From Oikopleura dioica (taxonomy: Eukaryota > Animalia > Chordata), in assembly GCA_907165135.1 (NCBI GenBank), contig OU015569.1, forward strand, positions 10,292,001-10,356,000: a stretch of 64,000 bases of DNA, read 5' to 3'. Shown piece by piece: positions 33,395 through 44,910 of this stretch (the stretch's first letter is position 1; the number at the start of each line of letters is the position of its first letter). The translations under genes and the position numbers were made by a program. Below the pieces are notes generated by a model. It searched no databases and was not told the origin of the DNA. It worked only from the letters and a program-made list of their open reading frames with translations.

Positions 33395-36300
33395 CTAAGA
33401 GGTTACCTCGGGTTTAGAGTCGGGCTTTTGACTAAACTCGTCCTGTTGACCCTGTAGCAAGCTTTGATTTTCTGCTGGGTTTAGATCATTTTCCATTATT
33501 GTGACATTACCGTCCTTCCTCGACTAAAATATTGGCTTTAGTGTTTGAGAACACAATGGTATTTACCGTGAAAGTTTCGTCAATTGACTGAACACGGCCC
33601 GGCTGATTTTGTTGCTCATTTTCCTTCTTTTTCTTCATGTAAATACATCCGATTGCGGCGGTCACAAGCGCGATTCTAAAACACCATCAATACGGTATTA
33701 CAGGGAGGCAACTTACGTTCCGATGATGAGAAGAATGACGCTAGTTCCAGCGGTGCTGGCGGCATCGACTGGATCACTTTTGGGAGTGCTTTCCATTTTT
33801 CTGCAAGCGTTGATCTTGAGCGACTTGATGTGTTTCAACTGAAAAGAAAGTGAGAACTGTTTCGTTACATCTTCGCTTACGATATAGTCGGTTCCCTTGA
33901 AATAATTGACAAACTGGTCCTTCGCCTTTGCCGTTTGCGGATTAGACTGATCGACGATGAAATCAACGAGGTGCTGCACTTCATCGGAGGGGCAGTATTC
34001 TTCCTGGCAGATGACCTCCGTATGATTCAGCCATGTGATGTAGATCATGCCAGCACTGTCTACTGAAAATAATACAAAATGATGTTTATGGTTGATAGTA
34101 CCTTTTGTAAAGTTCTGGACTCGAATGAATCCCATATCGTCGTCGCCGTAGGTTTCGCGGATAATCTCCATCGTGCTGTACTTGTCACTGATCATTGGTT
34201 TCTGATCTCGTGTCAACTTCAAATTCCTGTTAGCAACTTTATACATTTGAATTCTTATACCAGTTCGATGCTTAGCACATGACTTGGCTTCTTGCAATCA
34301 TCGACGAAATCAACGACGAATTCGAATTTGATGACTTGGTCTTTGCAGTTCTCAGCGCTAACAGTGAATGAGATATCAGAAGCTTTCTTGTCTTCCAAGC
34401 CACTTGCTGATTTCATTTCTACAATAGCATCCCATGTAGCAAAAACTGTCAGTTCCTCGTTGAATGAGTTCCAGTTACTGATTGAAGCATCAACTGCGAA
34501 AATAACGATAAGAGCAATTATCCAAGAACGGAATGAACTAACCTTTGTTTGGGATGATTTCAACTTGGTCCAAGAATTCTTTCTCAATGTTCTCCAGTAA
34601 ATCTTCCTTGGAGAATCTCTCTTCGACGTTTTCTTGGATGTTCAAGGAAACTTTTTTCTGGAGTTTCACTTGGTCCAGAACACAAACCGGTTTGCTCGTA
34701 GTCGGTTTCATCGTTGTTTTTTCAGTAGTTGGTGCTTCTGTTGGGGTCTTGCAGGAGACCGAGTCGATTGTTGAAATCTCCCATGCGTCCTTGAAATATT
34801 TTGAACGGAAGTAGAGCTCTCCGTTTTCGATGAAGGCGTATTCGCCTTCAAGCTCAGAGCATTTTGAATTCGCGTTGTCGGCATCCGTCATCACAAGGAC
34901 ATTGTCACTGACTTCGATGAGCTCGAACGAACTTGGAACCCCGGCTCGTTTGATTTCCTTGAGAGCAGTGAGTGTCTCGCTGAGTCCCCAGCGGTCGGCG
35001 GGTTGCGAGTTGAACTTGAAGTTGAGTGTAAACGCTGGATCGACGCTGTTTTCTTTTGCTTCTGAAAGGTCGAGGACAACTTCAAACTCATCGTTTTCTT
35101 GATCCGCCAGGATTATTCGCAAACTGTCCTCTGCAATGTCGTCTAAGTTATTTTGAGGCAGCAGGACCTTTGCTACGTTGTCATCTACGAGGATAAGCTT
35201 GTCGTCGAGTGACCCGAGGTCGATAATTTTCATGTCAGCGGATGGAAGGTCAATTTCGTTTACTTTGCCGACTTTGAGGGAAACTTCCTTTTTCAACTTC
35301 TTTTTCTTGAGCTGGCAATCGACTGTTCCAACAATTCCACCAACTTCAGCGCTGCGGTCGGAAATGAAGTCATATTCAGCAAGATCAGCGCACAAAGAAG
35401 ATGGAAGACCAAATGCTACGCCATCTTGGGTAGAGTCAACAAGAGGGAATGGAATTTTTTCCACGAGTTGCTGTCGCTGCTCAAACGATAGCCCGCCATC
35501 AAATGTTAAAGACTTCCCAGCAAACGGCTCATAAGCAGCGGGTTCGAGCACGAGGTCGTACTCTGTGTCTCCATTGCTGACCTTGAGCGTCATTTTTCCA
35601 GCTGCATTTAATGGGATGAGGAACGAAGCAGTATCTTCATTGACGGCGACGAATTGCGAAGGAACACCATCAATGGCTGATCCAGAGCCAAGAAGAAGCT
35701 CGACTGTGAAGGGTTCACCAGCAGTGTAGGTTTGAGTCTGAGTAGCTGGTGCTTTTGGTCGTGGTGGCGGTGCAACCATAGGAACATCGCAAGCGTCTGG
35801 AACAGTTAGAGAAAGCGTGAGAATGCTCTGGCCAGATGTAGCTGCGGCTTGGCGGAGGTCTTCCTTTGGCTCGCTCTCGCCAACCATCGACATGCTACTG
35901 CCAGTCATGAACGGCCAAATGTCATCGTAGGCGGACAAACACTCGCTTCCTTCACGATACACAAAGTCAACGACAACCGTTCCATCGGCAGCTGTTTCGT
36001 CAACGTGCACCACTCGCCAGTGTTCAATATCGGTTGAAGTGTAACCAACAAGCGTGTCAAACAACTCCCTAATCGACTGTTGGAGAATGTCATCATCATC
36101 GACGGTGAAGGAGACACGGAGGGCGGACGAGTCCAGCGCATCCTGAGGCATCTTGTCGACCTTGAATCGGAAGCGGTGCATCGCTGGTTCCCAGTTGGCC
36201 TCGTTGCCGACGATCCAGAGGAACTGCTGAGTCTTTGGGGTAACTTGATAGGTCCTTGTCGAGACTGGAATGGGGAAGAAGACGAATTCCTAGGAAGAAG

Positions 36301-36440
36301 TTAACAACAAGAATGTGGCGGATCATCTTACATCGTCATTAATGGACACCCAGTCTTCCTTCCTGAGAGCATATTCGCTCCCCGGCGTGTTTGCATATTC
36401 TAGAGCTTCTTGAGGTGATTGAGCTTTCTTTCCTTTGAGT
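33395..36440 (-). CDS. DAG1: Divergent dystroglycan-like type I membrane glycoprotein; N-terminal exon(s) and extreme C-terminus unresolved
   Basis: SEA/MAT-like YGDDDMGFIRVQNFTK..GMIYITWLNHT...EEYCPSDEV resembles remembered human [36 protein letters not shown]. It is preceded by a cadherin-like Ig segment (NWNSFNEE...FTVSAENCKDQVIKFEFVV) and followed by TM ILLIIGTIALVTAAIGCIY plus MKKKK. Short T/P-rich stretch; main exon 36289-34543. Confidence 0.7.
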
Positions 36441-36809
36441 GCTTTTTTCGGATACCGAAAATTCCAAAAATAATGAAGGGCGAAGTTAAGGACTATTTTG
36501 AGAGTAAATAATTCGCATTGAAAAGCGCACTAAAATCGGCCGCCCCTTTCCTTTTGAAAATTGGGACGCTAGCAACGTTAAACATTTGAGCACATTCCTT
36601 TTCGACAAACAAAATAAACGCAGCCACCACCGCGAAAATTCAAATATGTGATAAACGTTGTTTGAAGTGGAATAGTTCAAAGTTTCGGGCATTGTTGGTA
36701 GTAACCTTGTTGAGTTCAAATTTCGTGTTTTCGGAAATAAAAAATGAGCGGGTCTTTGTGTGTTTTCGCGTGTAATTACGCGCTCTACGAAATTTAGGAA
36801 AAAATGCGC

Positions 36810-36974
36810 TTATTCGGCATCCGTTCCGAGGTAGTTGGTGTATGCTGTCTGCGAGTCGTCCTTGACGACGCCATCTGGAATCTGGAACACTTCTAGCTTG
36901 CCTTCCTTGCGCGGCCGCAGCATTTTGTAAAAGAAATTGTTCGCCTGTTGCTTGTCGAAGGTGATCGTATCCGC
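36810..36974 (-). CDS. Orphan coding exon (ADTITFDKQQANNFFYKMLRPRKEGKLEVFQIPDG...GTDAE*)
   Basis: Good acceptor (CTTTAG) and protein-like open frame. Upstream exon not found; could be a separate small gene or part of the dystroglycan-like 5' end. Confidence 0.35.
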   Translation of the reverse strand, partial: ADTITFDKQQANNFFYKMLRPRKEGKLEVFQIPDGVVKDDSQTAYTNYLGTDAE

Positions 36975-38297
36975 CTAAAGTGGATTAATTAGCTCCTCCT
37001 CAAGAGCAGCAGAAAACGACATCACATCAAATAACCATTCAGACACATAAATAAACGATACTCGGACATACTGATCGATACTCAAATTGAGCCGACTGTG
37101 AATTCGCCCTAATCGGCCGAATGAAAATAAATTATATATCTGGCGCGTTTACGCAGTAATATTTTAATTAAGCTCTTTGAAGTACGAAAACACAAGTATA
37201 CTTTTTACAACGGCCTATATAATTACGGGTAGTAAGGAAATGTCAGATTCTACATTTTGCTGCCTTCTACGTCTAGCTAGTAGCGTCGTCTAAAGGCTCT
37301 AGTTACTACTGGAAATTTTGCCATTATTCAGGTTTCGGACCTTCCAGCCGAAAATTCGTGGAGATACTTGAGAAGAGCCAGAGCTAAATTGACAATGGAA
37401 GCGCCAATTGGCCCCTGATTAGCATTTCTGACAGTGAAAGGTTTAAATTCGGCTGCGAATAGCGGGGGGCTGTCACCAATCTCAAGCCACTCGCCATTGT
37501 CCCTCCCCAAAAAACTCTGCTTCAATAAAAATCAAGTGATTCTGTTTCGGAAAGAAGAAAAATTCAAAAAGCTCTTGTATATGACAAGTTGATTTTATAA
37601 CTTTATATTCAGCGCCATTTCCAAAGAGCGGGAAAATCCGATTCCGAAATTTCTTTTAGCATTTTCTTGTTTTCACGCGATATAATCTGACTAACTTGCG
37701 AAAGCGAGAGTCTTTTTAGATTTATCTGGCAGGCGTGAAATGACGGTTACATTTATATGCCGGTGCTGGTGAGCTTGGTTTCGCCGGTGAGCAGGCCTCA
37801 AAAGTGGCCTGGAAAGAGTTAGGCTAAGAATAGCGGGCAGGATACTTGATTCCCGGCGTTTCTTTACACACGATGGTCATTTTGTGATTATCCAAGCTCA
37901 AAGTGCTCGGCCGACGGAGCTCGCACTTCCCCGTGAGCTCAATCAGACGGCTAATTATTGATTAATCTGCCGCCAAAAATTACCAACAATCAGCCACCTG
38001 ATTTCCGCCTCGTTTGGCCCCCGCGTTGGCTCCGCGAGTTCATGGGAGCTTAAATTCACAAGCAGCGCGAATTTGACATTTGAAAAATGTTTCAGCCAGA
38101 AAGTGGAGATGTGCATTCCAGCTTTTGGACTTATCGTGCTGGCCATGTTCGATACCAAAAAGATAAGTTTTCGCGGTCGGCTGATCTATTTCGGGGCCGC
38201 ATCTGGCCACCTCGGGTACTCAACTTCAAACAGCAACCAGCACGATAGACTGGGTGAATGGGCTCCTTTCAAAGCGCATTGAAGAAGGACAAGGAGC

Positions 38298-38644
38298 GGA
38301 TGACCCTCGGTTCGCCGGGATTTCCCCCTCATCCTCGGTTCGCCGGGAACTTTTGGCCCAAATCCCGGCGAACCGAGGATGAGTATTTCGATGTCTTTTT
38401 TTTTTAAGTAACCCTTCAGTAACCCTAACTAACCCTAGCCTATCCCCCTCGGGTGACGTTGTTCTGTCATTTTGCCCAGTGCCCCTAACCCTTACATTTA
38501 TTAATATAAAGTGAGCGATAATAAGCTCATCCTAGACCCATTTTTTTAATTTTCTAGAACATTTTTCGCCATCCTCGGTTCGCCGGGACTTTTTGGCCCG
38601 AATCCCGGCGAACCGAGGATATCCCGGCGAACCGAGGGTATCCG
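38298..38644. mobile_element. Foldback/MITE-like element with palindromic CCTCGGTTCGCCGGGA arrays
   Basis: The motif occurs in both orientations in clusters at both ends. Near-identical termini GGAT(G)ACCCTCGGTTCGCCGGGAT; flanking direct repeat CAAGGAGC (38290-38297, 38645-38652). Confidence 0.75.
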
Positions 38645-41600
38645 CAAGGAGCTGTTATTACAAACGGGGGAATTCGATTTGCACAGGGATGAAGCCCTCA
38701 AAGCTAAAAGCCAAATCCGTCCCGTTCCGCCAATTTCCGATTCCGCCCACAGTAAGCCTCTACACTTGCTCCAGACAAGGGGATTATATAACGTTCCTTC
38801 CCAGCCAGGGCAGCCAGGGATCGCTTTCATACCGCGTTATCAGTGGTAATACGGGCCAATTAGCGACCCAGATAAGTGGACTTTAATTGAGGACCAGTAT
38901 TGAAACGGAATATTGGGCTTTGGGCAGATCCACTCAAGATACGTCAAAATTCAAAGGCATTATTTTTTAGACTGGCGCCTTTGAAAGTTCGTAGCTCCCA
39001 ATTTCTCATGCTACTTTTCTTGTCTTCACCAGATTTGCCATAATAATGCTCGCATGTTTTGCGTGACTGTCATCGGACAGAGCCACTGTTATCGTGTTTA
39101 ACTTGTGTTTTGCATGCGATGGGCGTGTTTATACTAGTAACAAAATAACATAATTTAAGCTCGGTTTAACTCATAAAAGCAACAAGCGATGATCAATCAC
39201 ATGCGCCCACAATCACAAATACCCACTGTCTTATCAATCTTTGTATGGCACTTGCGGACCAAGGAAGTCCTTTTATCTTTCCCTCTCCTTAAACTAACGT
39301 ATTGGAAAAGGAGAGAGTTTATATAGTCAGTGTTTGGACTTTGCGAAAGCCAATTTTTTCGTGGCCACAGGGTTTGGCCCTGTTCTGCACTGGATAAGTG
39401 TAAGCGGATTGTTACGCTTCTACACCGCCTAATGTTTCATCAAGAATTGTGACTCGACTTGCGACTTGTTTAAAAAGCCGACTTTGATAAGTCAAATCTA
39501 TCTTGTTTTCCCCGAGACTTTGCTTTGACTTCAATTTCCGGAGCGGGTTAACAACCCGCGAAGTGGCTCGGCAAGAAGCCTAGATCTCGCTAGCCCGACC
39601 TATCGATCGATCGCCTCTTTCTTTTCTTTCCGACTTTTTAGATTTTATTTTCAAAGCCATTAAAGCTTCTCTGGCGACTAAGGGACTATTTTCTTAGTTT
39701 TTTAAGAAAGTTGACTTTCCAACGAAAATGTTCGTCTTTTGCCATTTTGACGTTGTGAATCGATTTGGGAAGATTTGAAAATCCCGGAAATAAGACGTTG
39801 AAATACGGTTCGTTGAAATTAGCTAACAATGGAACCAAGTAGGCTTGAGCGTTTTTTTTCTTTATATGCTCGATTCAAAAAGGCGCTCAAAACTGTATTG
39901 ATAATTTAGTTTACAGTCGGTCTACGTTGGTCTACCGCTTTCAGCGAGAGTTGTTATGTTCAATGACCGATTGAAATTGGATTAGATGGGCCATTATCGC
40001 CAACTGAAGCGAATTAGCTGACTACGTATCCGCCTTAGCGACCAAGTGACTCGTTGGCGATGTGGATTTCTACCGAGTTGAAGCACTCTTGGAATGCCGC
40101 AGTGATTGTACAGGGGCATTTGACAGAATTCTTGTCAGAAGTGTTCGTTTAAACACTTTGAAGGAAGGCGCCGAGCGTCTTATCGAGAAATTTCTTACTC
40201 TGGGAAACGCGAAATTCGGCAGCATCAAAAATTGCCCCCTTCATCTGCCCAATTTGATAAGAATGAGCCAGGAATGCACAGCGAGGCAATATCTGAAACA
40301 CGCAGATGTGCACTGTGCAAACTTTTCGCGAATTCCGATAGTTATAAATTGCACCCTGCCAAAATAAATGCAACTTGTGGGCATAGCAATAAACGGAAAC
40401 AATTTTAGTCCCGCAACGGCCAAAGCAGCTACAAAATAAACATCACGAACATGGATCTTTCAAAAACCTTTTTTCGTGATCATAATTACTGCTGAAAGGG
40501 ATTAGTCGCGAATATTTCGAAGAAGGTTGCTTTTGTCGCGAACAATTCCTCCAGTCATGAAGCACGTGGAAAGCGACAATTATAGCGCTGGAATGCGGCG
40601 AGTAGCGGTGCTGCCTGTGATCATGTTTATTTTTGGTAAAAAAAAGTAGTAATGGGCGGCGAGTAGTATAAATTAGCGAGGACTGCGAATCAATACCGAA
40701 GTCCAAGATCGATCTGTCCTTTGTGCTCAGATCGATGAGGGATCAGCCCTTTTTTGAAAAGAAGAAAAATAAAATAAAAATCGTAAGCGGCGGCAAAATG
40801 GAATTAATACAGCTGAGTACGAGTGTTTCGCCTATTTGATGACAAAGGGACCAATTTATGGATAAATATTTGCCCCGGATGGGACGGTATTTTGTGTTCG
40901 ATTGTTCGGACACGCTGGCCTTTCTCGGGGACACGGTGCTTTTCTCAAATATCTCCAGAATGAATGAAATTCCACTTGGCAAATAGAAAAAAATATTATG
41001 CTCTAACTAGCACTTACCTTGGCATCGGCAACGCCGAGCAGTGTACTGAGAATTCCCACTAGAATCTTCATCGCGTTATTCTTTTTTCGTCAAGAATCTC
41101 TAGGAAGTCCCAGCGCCGGGAAAAAGGAAGTCCTCAGCGTTCCCGGGGACGAACGAACGGGGGAGGATGATTTCTCTTGCGGGTAGTAAAGGATAGGGAC
41201 GGGCAGTGACGTGAAAATCTCGGTGAGATTCGGAGCGATCGGGCTCTCTATCGCGGGAAGGCTTCCACCCTTGCCGCTGGCGACAAATTAGCGACGCCTG
41301 ACCAGTCAGTATCACAAAGAGCTTCCAACAACTGACACTGTCGGCAGGTCTCTCTCTTTCCTCGCAGTTGACCCTGTTTCCAAATTCGTCTTTTTCGGAA
41401 AATAAAAAAAAAGATACGGAGTGGTGCACACACACCAAAAACGCGAGCTTCGGGAAAGCTCCGCAGCCAGATGCGCGAGCGCCCCCTCCCAACATTTCAC
41501 TCGCTCCGGGCATTTTTTTTCTTCTTTCTTTCTTCACGAGCTTGGGAAAGAAGAATGGCCGCGCATTCTCTTCGGCCGTGCACGTAGTTGGTAACAAGCG

Positions 41601-43821
41601 ATGGTAATTATCCTCCCGTTTGTTGATTGAAAGAGTTAAATGAGCAACAACAGATTAACAAGCCTGTTTACATCAGGATAAACAACTTCGCAACGAATTC
41701 ACACATCTAAGGCTGCATTTTGTTTAGCCAAAGTCTCCGCCGACATTCCATTTGCCCTCGTTTATAAACGTGGAGTGAGCATTCATTTGCATTTGAAAGC
41801 CGAAAGTTTAGATAAGCCCAGTTTCGCATTGCCAAGAACTTAAGGCCCCACTGAATACAAAAGCGCGCAGCTGTAAAACTTTTGAATATCCAGTTGTGAA
41901 AGAATAGCGACTTTATTTATTTGCGCGAATTATTGAAAAATGGCAGAAATTCGGACCTTGAATTTGTTTGCGAAGAGGATATCAAATTTTGTTTGTACAA
42001 GAGTGGAATCGAACTGAATGTGTCCTGCGTATAAATTAGCTCATCACGATTACGGGTACTTAGTGGAGTAGTATTCGAGGGTGAGCTGCCAGGCCGTGAC
42101 AGAGTAACGTCAGAGGGGTGCACGAAACATGAGAGATGATGATCGAGGCGCTTATATGCTGCTACCAGGGGTCGCAATCGATAATTCCGCCGCGTATATT
42201 CATACATACACTACAGTAGTACGCACTACCTTCTGAGCCCGTCTCGCTCGTCTGTTCCAAGGAAGGAAAAGTTAATTCCCGCCACCACAAGCGCGTCAAC
42301 AAGGCAAACACATATTATACAAAATTGAATAGCAAATGTTGGCAAGAATCGCGTGTATATTTAGTTGCTCAAACTCGCATTGACAGTAAAGCCCCGGTCT
42401 ACGAAATCCAGAACAAACGTGAGAAGGCGCATTCAAAAAATTGACTAGATTTAAAATTTGGAATTTCAAAGCAATTCTTGGCTCGGGGATATTTTCGATA
42501 ATTCGCGGTGATTATGCACTTAGACGCTAATTTGTAATAGATTAAAATCAGGCTGGACAATGGGCAGTGCATTGAATGCGGAATTGACTAATTCCAATAC
42601 CAGACACTTTTTCGACAAGGAAAACATGAAAATGGACAAAGGCAATAATTTTTTGAAAATTGTAATGTTGATTCACCTGCGGGTCCAAGCCTTGTTGGCG
42701 CGTGCCTTTTCAAACTCATATTGTTTTATAAAAAAAACGCGAGGACTATCGAACTCGAATATTACTGTAGTGGTGACTAGTCTAATCAGAAGAAATAAAA
42801 GTGATAGAAAGCGGCCAGAGGCCAGGTGGAGGCACCATCTGCTGCTTCGTAAATGTTCACTGAAAATGCCGATAGACGACGGATATGATCCATCTTCGCA
42901 TGTCGCGTTTATGGGCCCTGCTCTTGCTGCTCAATAATGTACAGGATTCGACTACTGGAAGTAAGCTGAGCAACCAGTAACCAGCTGTTGGCCTCCGGCC
43001 AGTGGATAATTCTCTTGGGGTGGTGCAACAACTGTAACTTCAAAGAGAAGAAATAAGATGCTTGAATCAAGAGCATCCCCATCACAATATATTGAGAGCT
43101 CAATGAATATTTTAATTTCAAACAAGAGGATCATGATTTTCAAGCTGCAAAAATGCCAGCTGTTTTCGCATTTTTGGCGCAGCATTCGAAAACTACCGTA
43201 AAGCAGTTTGCGCGCGTGTTTTTGTTCAAGAGCGCTTTGTGTAAATTGGATGGATTACAGCAGTAGATCTTCTTTTATATGTTCATTTATAGTGCAAAAA
43301 CCAACACGCGAACGAGAGCGCTGACATTTCTCCGGAAAGCACAAAGCAATATCAATTTCGGGATTGACTAGAATTCATTTCTGCTTGCTCGAGAAAGAAA
43401 AACATCGCCGGCTAAACTCTAGCCACGGTGTCCAATTTTCGGTGAAATACGATAATGCAACTTGCACGGAGATTTACTGCGCCATTAATTTTTCCTTGAT
43501 GACAATTGAGGGAGTTTCAAACGAGACGACTCAGGGGAGGAATAAATTCAACTCATGACTGCAAGTCGGTGAAACTGCTGACTCAACGGCTATTTGCATA
43601 GAAATGCTCGTAAAGTGATTAAAGCACTCTCTTTTAAGAGAAAAGCACTTGGAAATCGAATCAACAGGTAGCCAAGATGCAGCTGGAGAAAATGTCAAAA
43701 ACATTCGCACCGAGAGATTTTAAGTTCTTTTGAAACTTCGTTTATTCGAACTTGAGAGTGAACTTTTGTGAACTGAGAAAAAATCATGAAGTGACAGAAA
43801 AAATAGTGATAAAATAGGTCC

Positions 43822-44484
43822 TTAGAGGACATGGCTCGGCGTTCGTGAGAGAGAAATTCTCCTTTTCTCTATTTTTCTTTTGCTCTTTAGCTTACTTTCT
43901 TGTGCACTCATCGTTGTCTCCAATAACCACTTGAAGCCTTCGTAAATTCCTAATCCTTTTGTCCCGACTGAAGGCTGCACGCGCCAATCAACTGCTTCCA
44001 GCTGATCAAGGCCTAGGATTGCCGGTATTTTCTTTGGTGACACTGCATTCTTTGCATCCTGAGCCGCAAGGTAATAAGCATAATTTATCTTCAGCTAACC
44101 TGCTTGTTTGCGAAAACCAAGAGCACGGAGCACTCTCGCATTTCTCTCGACGTAATGATTTCGCAAAATTCTCGTCTTGCCAGATTGAGCCGGCCATGAT
44201 CCGAAGAATCGACGACGTAAATCAGCCCTCTTGAGCCAAGAAAGTAGTGTCGCCAAAGCGGTCGGATGCTCTCCTCCTCCGATGTCCCAAATGTTGAGCG
44301 AGAACTTTGTTTCCGAATGGAAGACTTCTTCAACGTTAAAGCCAACAGTTGGGATAGTGGTGACGGCTGATTCCGTCATCATTCTGTACAAAAGCGTCGT
44401 CTTCCCGGCAGAGTCGAGCCCGAGCATTAGAATTCTTGCGCGGCGCTTCTTTTTCTTCTTCTTTCTCGATTGTCCGAGACCCAT
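43822..44484 (-). pseudogene. ARF/ARL-family small GTPase, frameshifted as assembled (pseudogene allele or consensus error)
   Basis: MG myristoylation start plus polybasic RKKKKKKRR; [39 protein letters not shown]. Only 10 nt (GGAGGAGGAG, 44280-44271) lie where 12 are needed; one GT-AG intron. Confidence 0.75.
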
Positions 44485-44910
44485 CTATGAACGATGCAAC
44501 TGTGACTGGCTGTGTAGAAAAATGATTTGTCAATTTAGTGAAATTCTAGTTTAGTTTCTGTTGGCAGTAAATTGAGTCTCAGACGGAGAAAAATACAAGA
44601 CCGAGAGAGAAAAAAGAGAATATTTAGGCGGAAGCTCATTTTCTCGGAATTCAGTGGCGCGTTTGGAAAAATAGAATTTGCGAAAGTATTTTCACTAGTT
44701 TTGATAAATAGTACTTACTTGAATTTGGCATAAAAGAAGAAACAACGAAAAAACTTTGAAAAGAAATGAACTTAAAAGAAAGCAAAAGAACTGATGATTT
44801 TCGTTTCTACTGAAGCAGTCGAGTACTGTAAATAAGTTGGTACATGTAGCTAGTGTGTTTGATCGGAAAGAATTAAGAGTTTTCAAGGGAGATCCAGTTC
44901 ACGTCGAACT

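Noticed and set aside
38408-38475. TAACCC hexamers as an interstitial telomere
   Set aside because: Only a few interrupted copies, inside a MITE-like element; not a tandem array.
38298-38644. Repeated 16-mers as a CRISPR array
   Set aside because: Eukaryotic context, mixed orientations, no regular spacers, no cas genes.
42720-42770. FEFDSPRVFFIK resembling the P2X receptor N-terminus (FEYDTPR)
   Set aside because: No TM1 or cysteine-rich ectodomain exons were found downstream.
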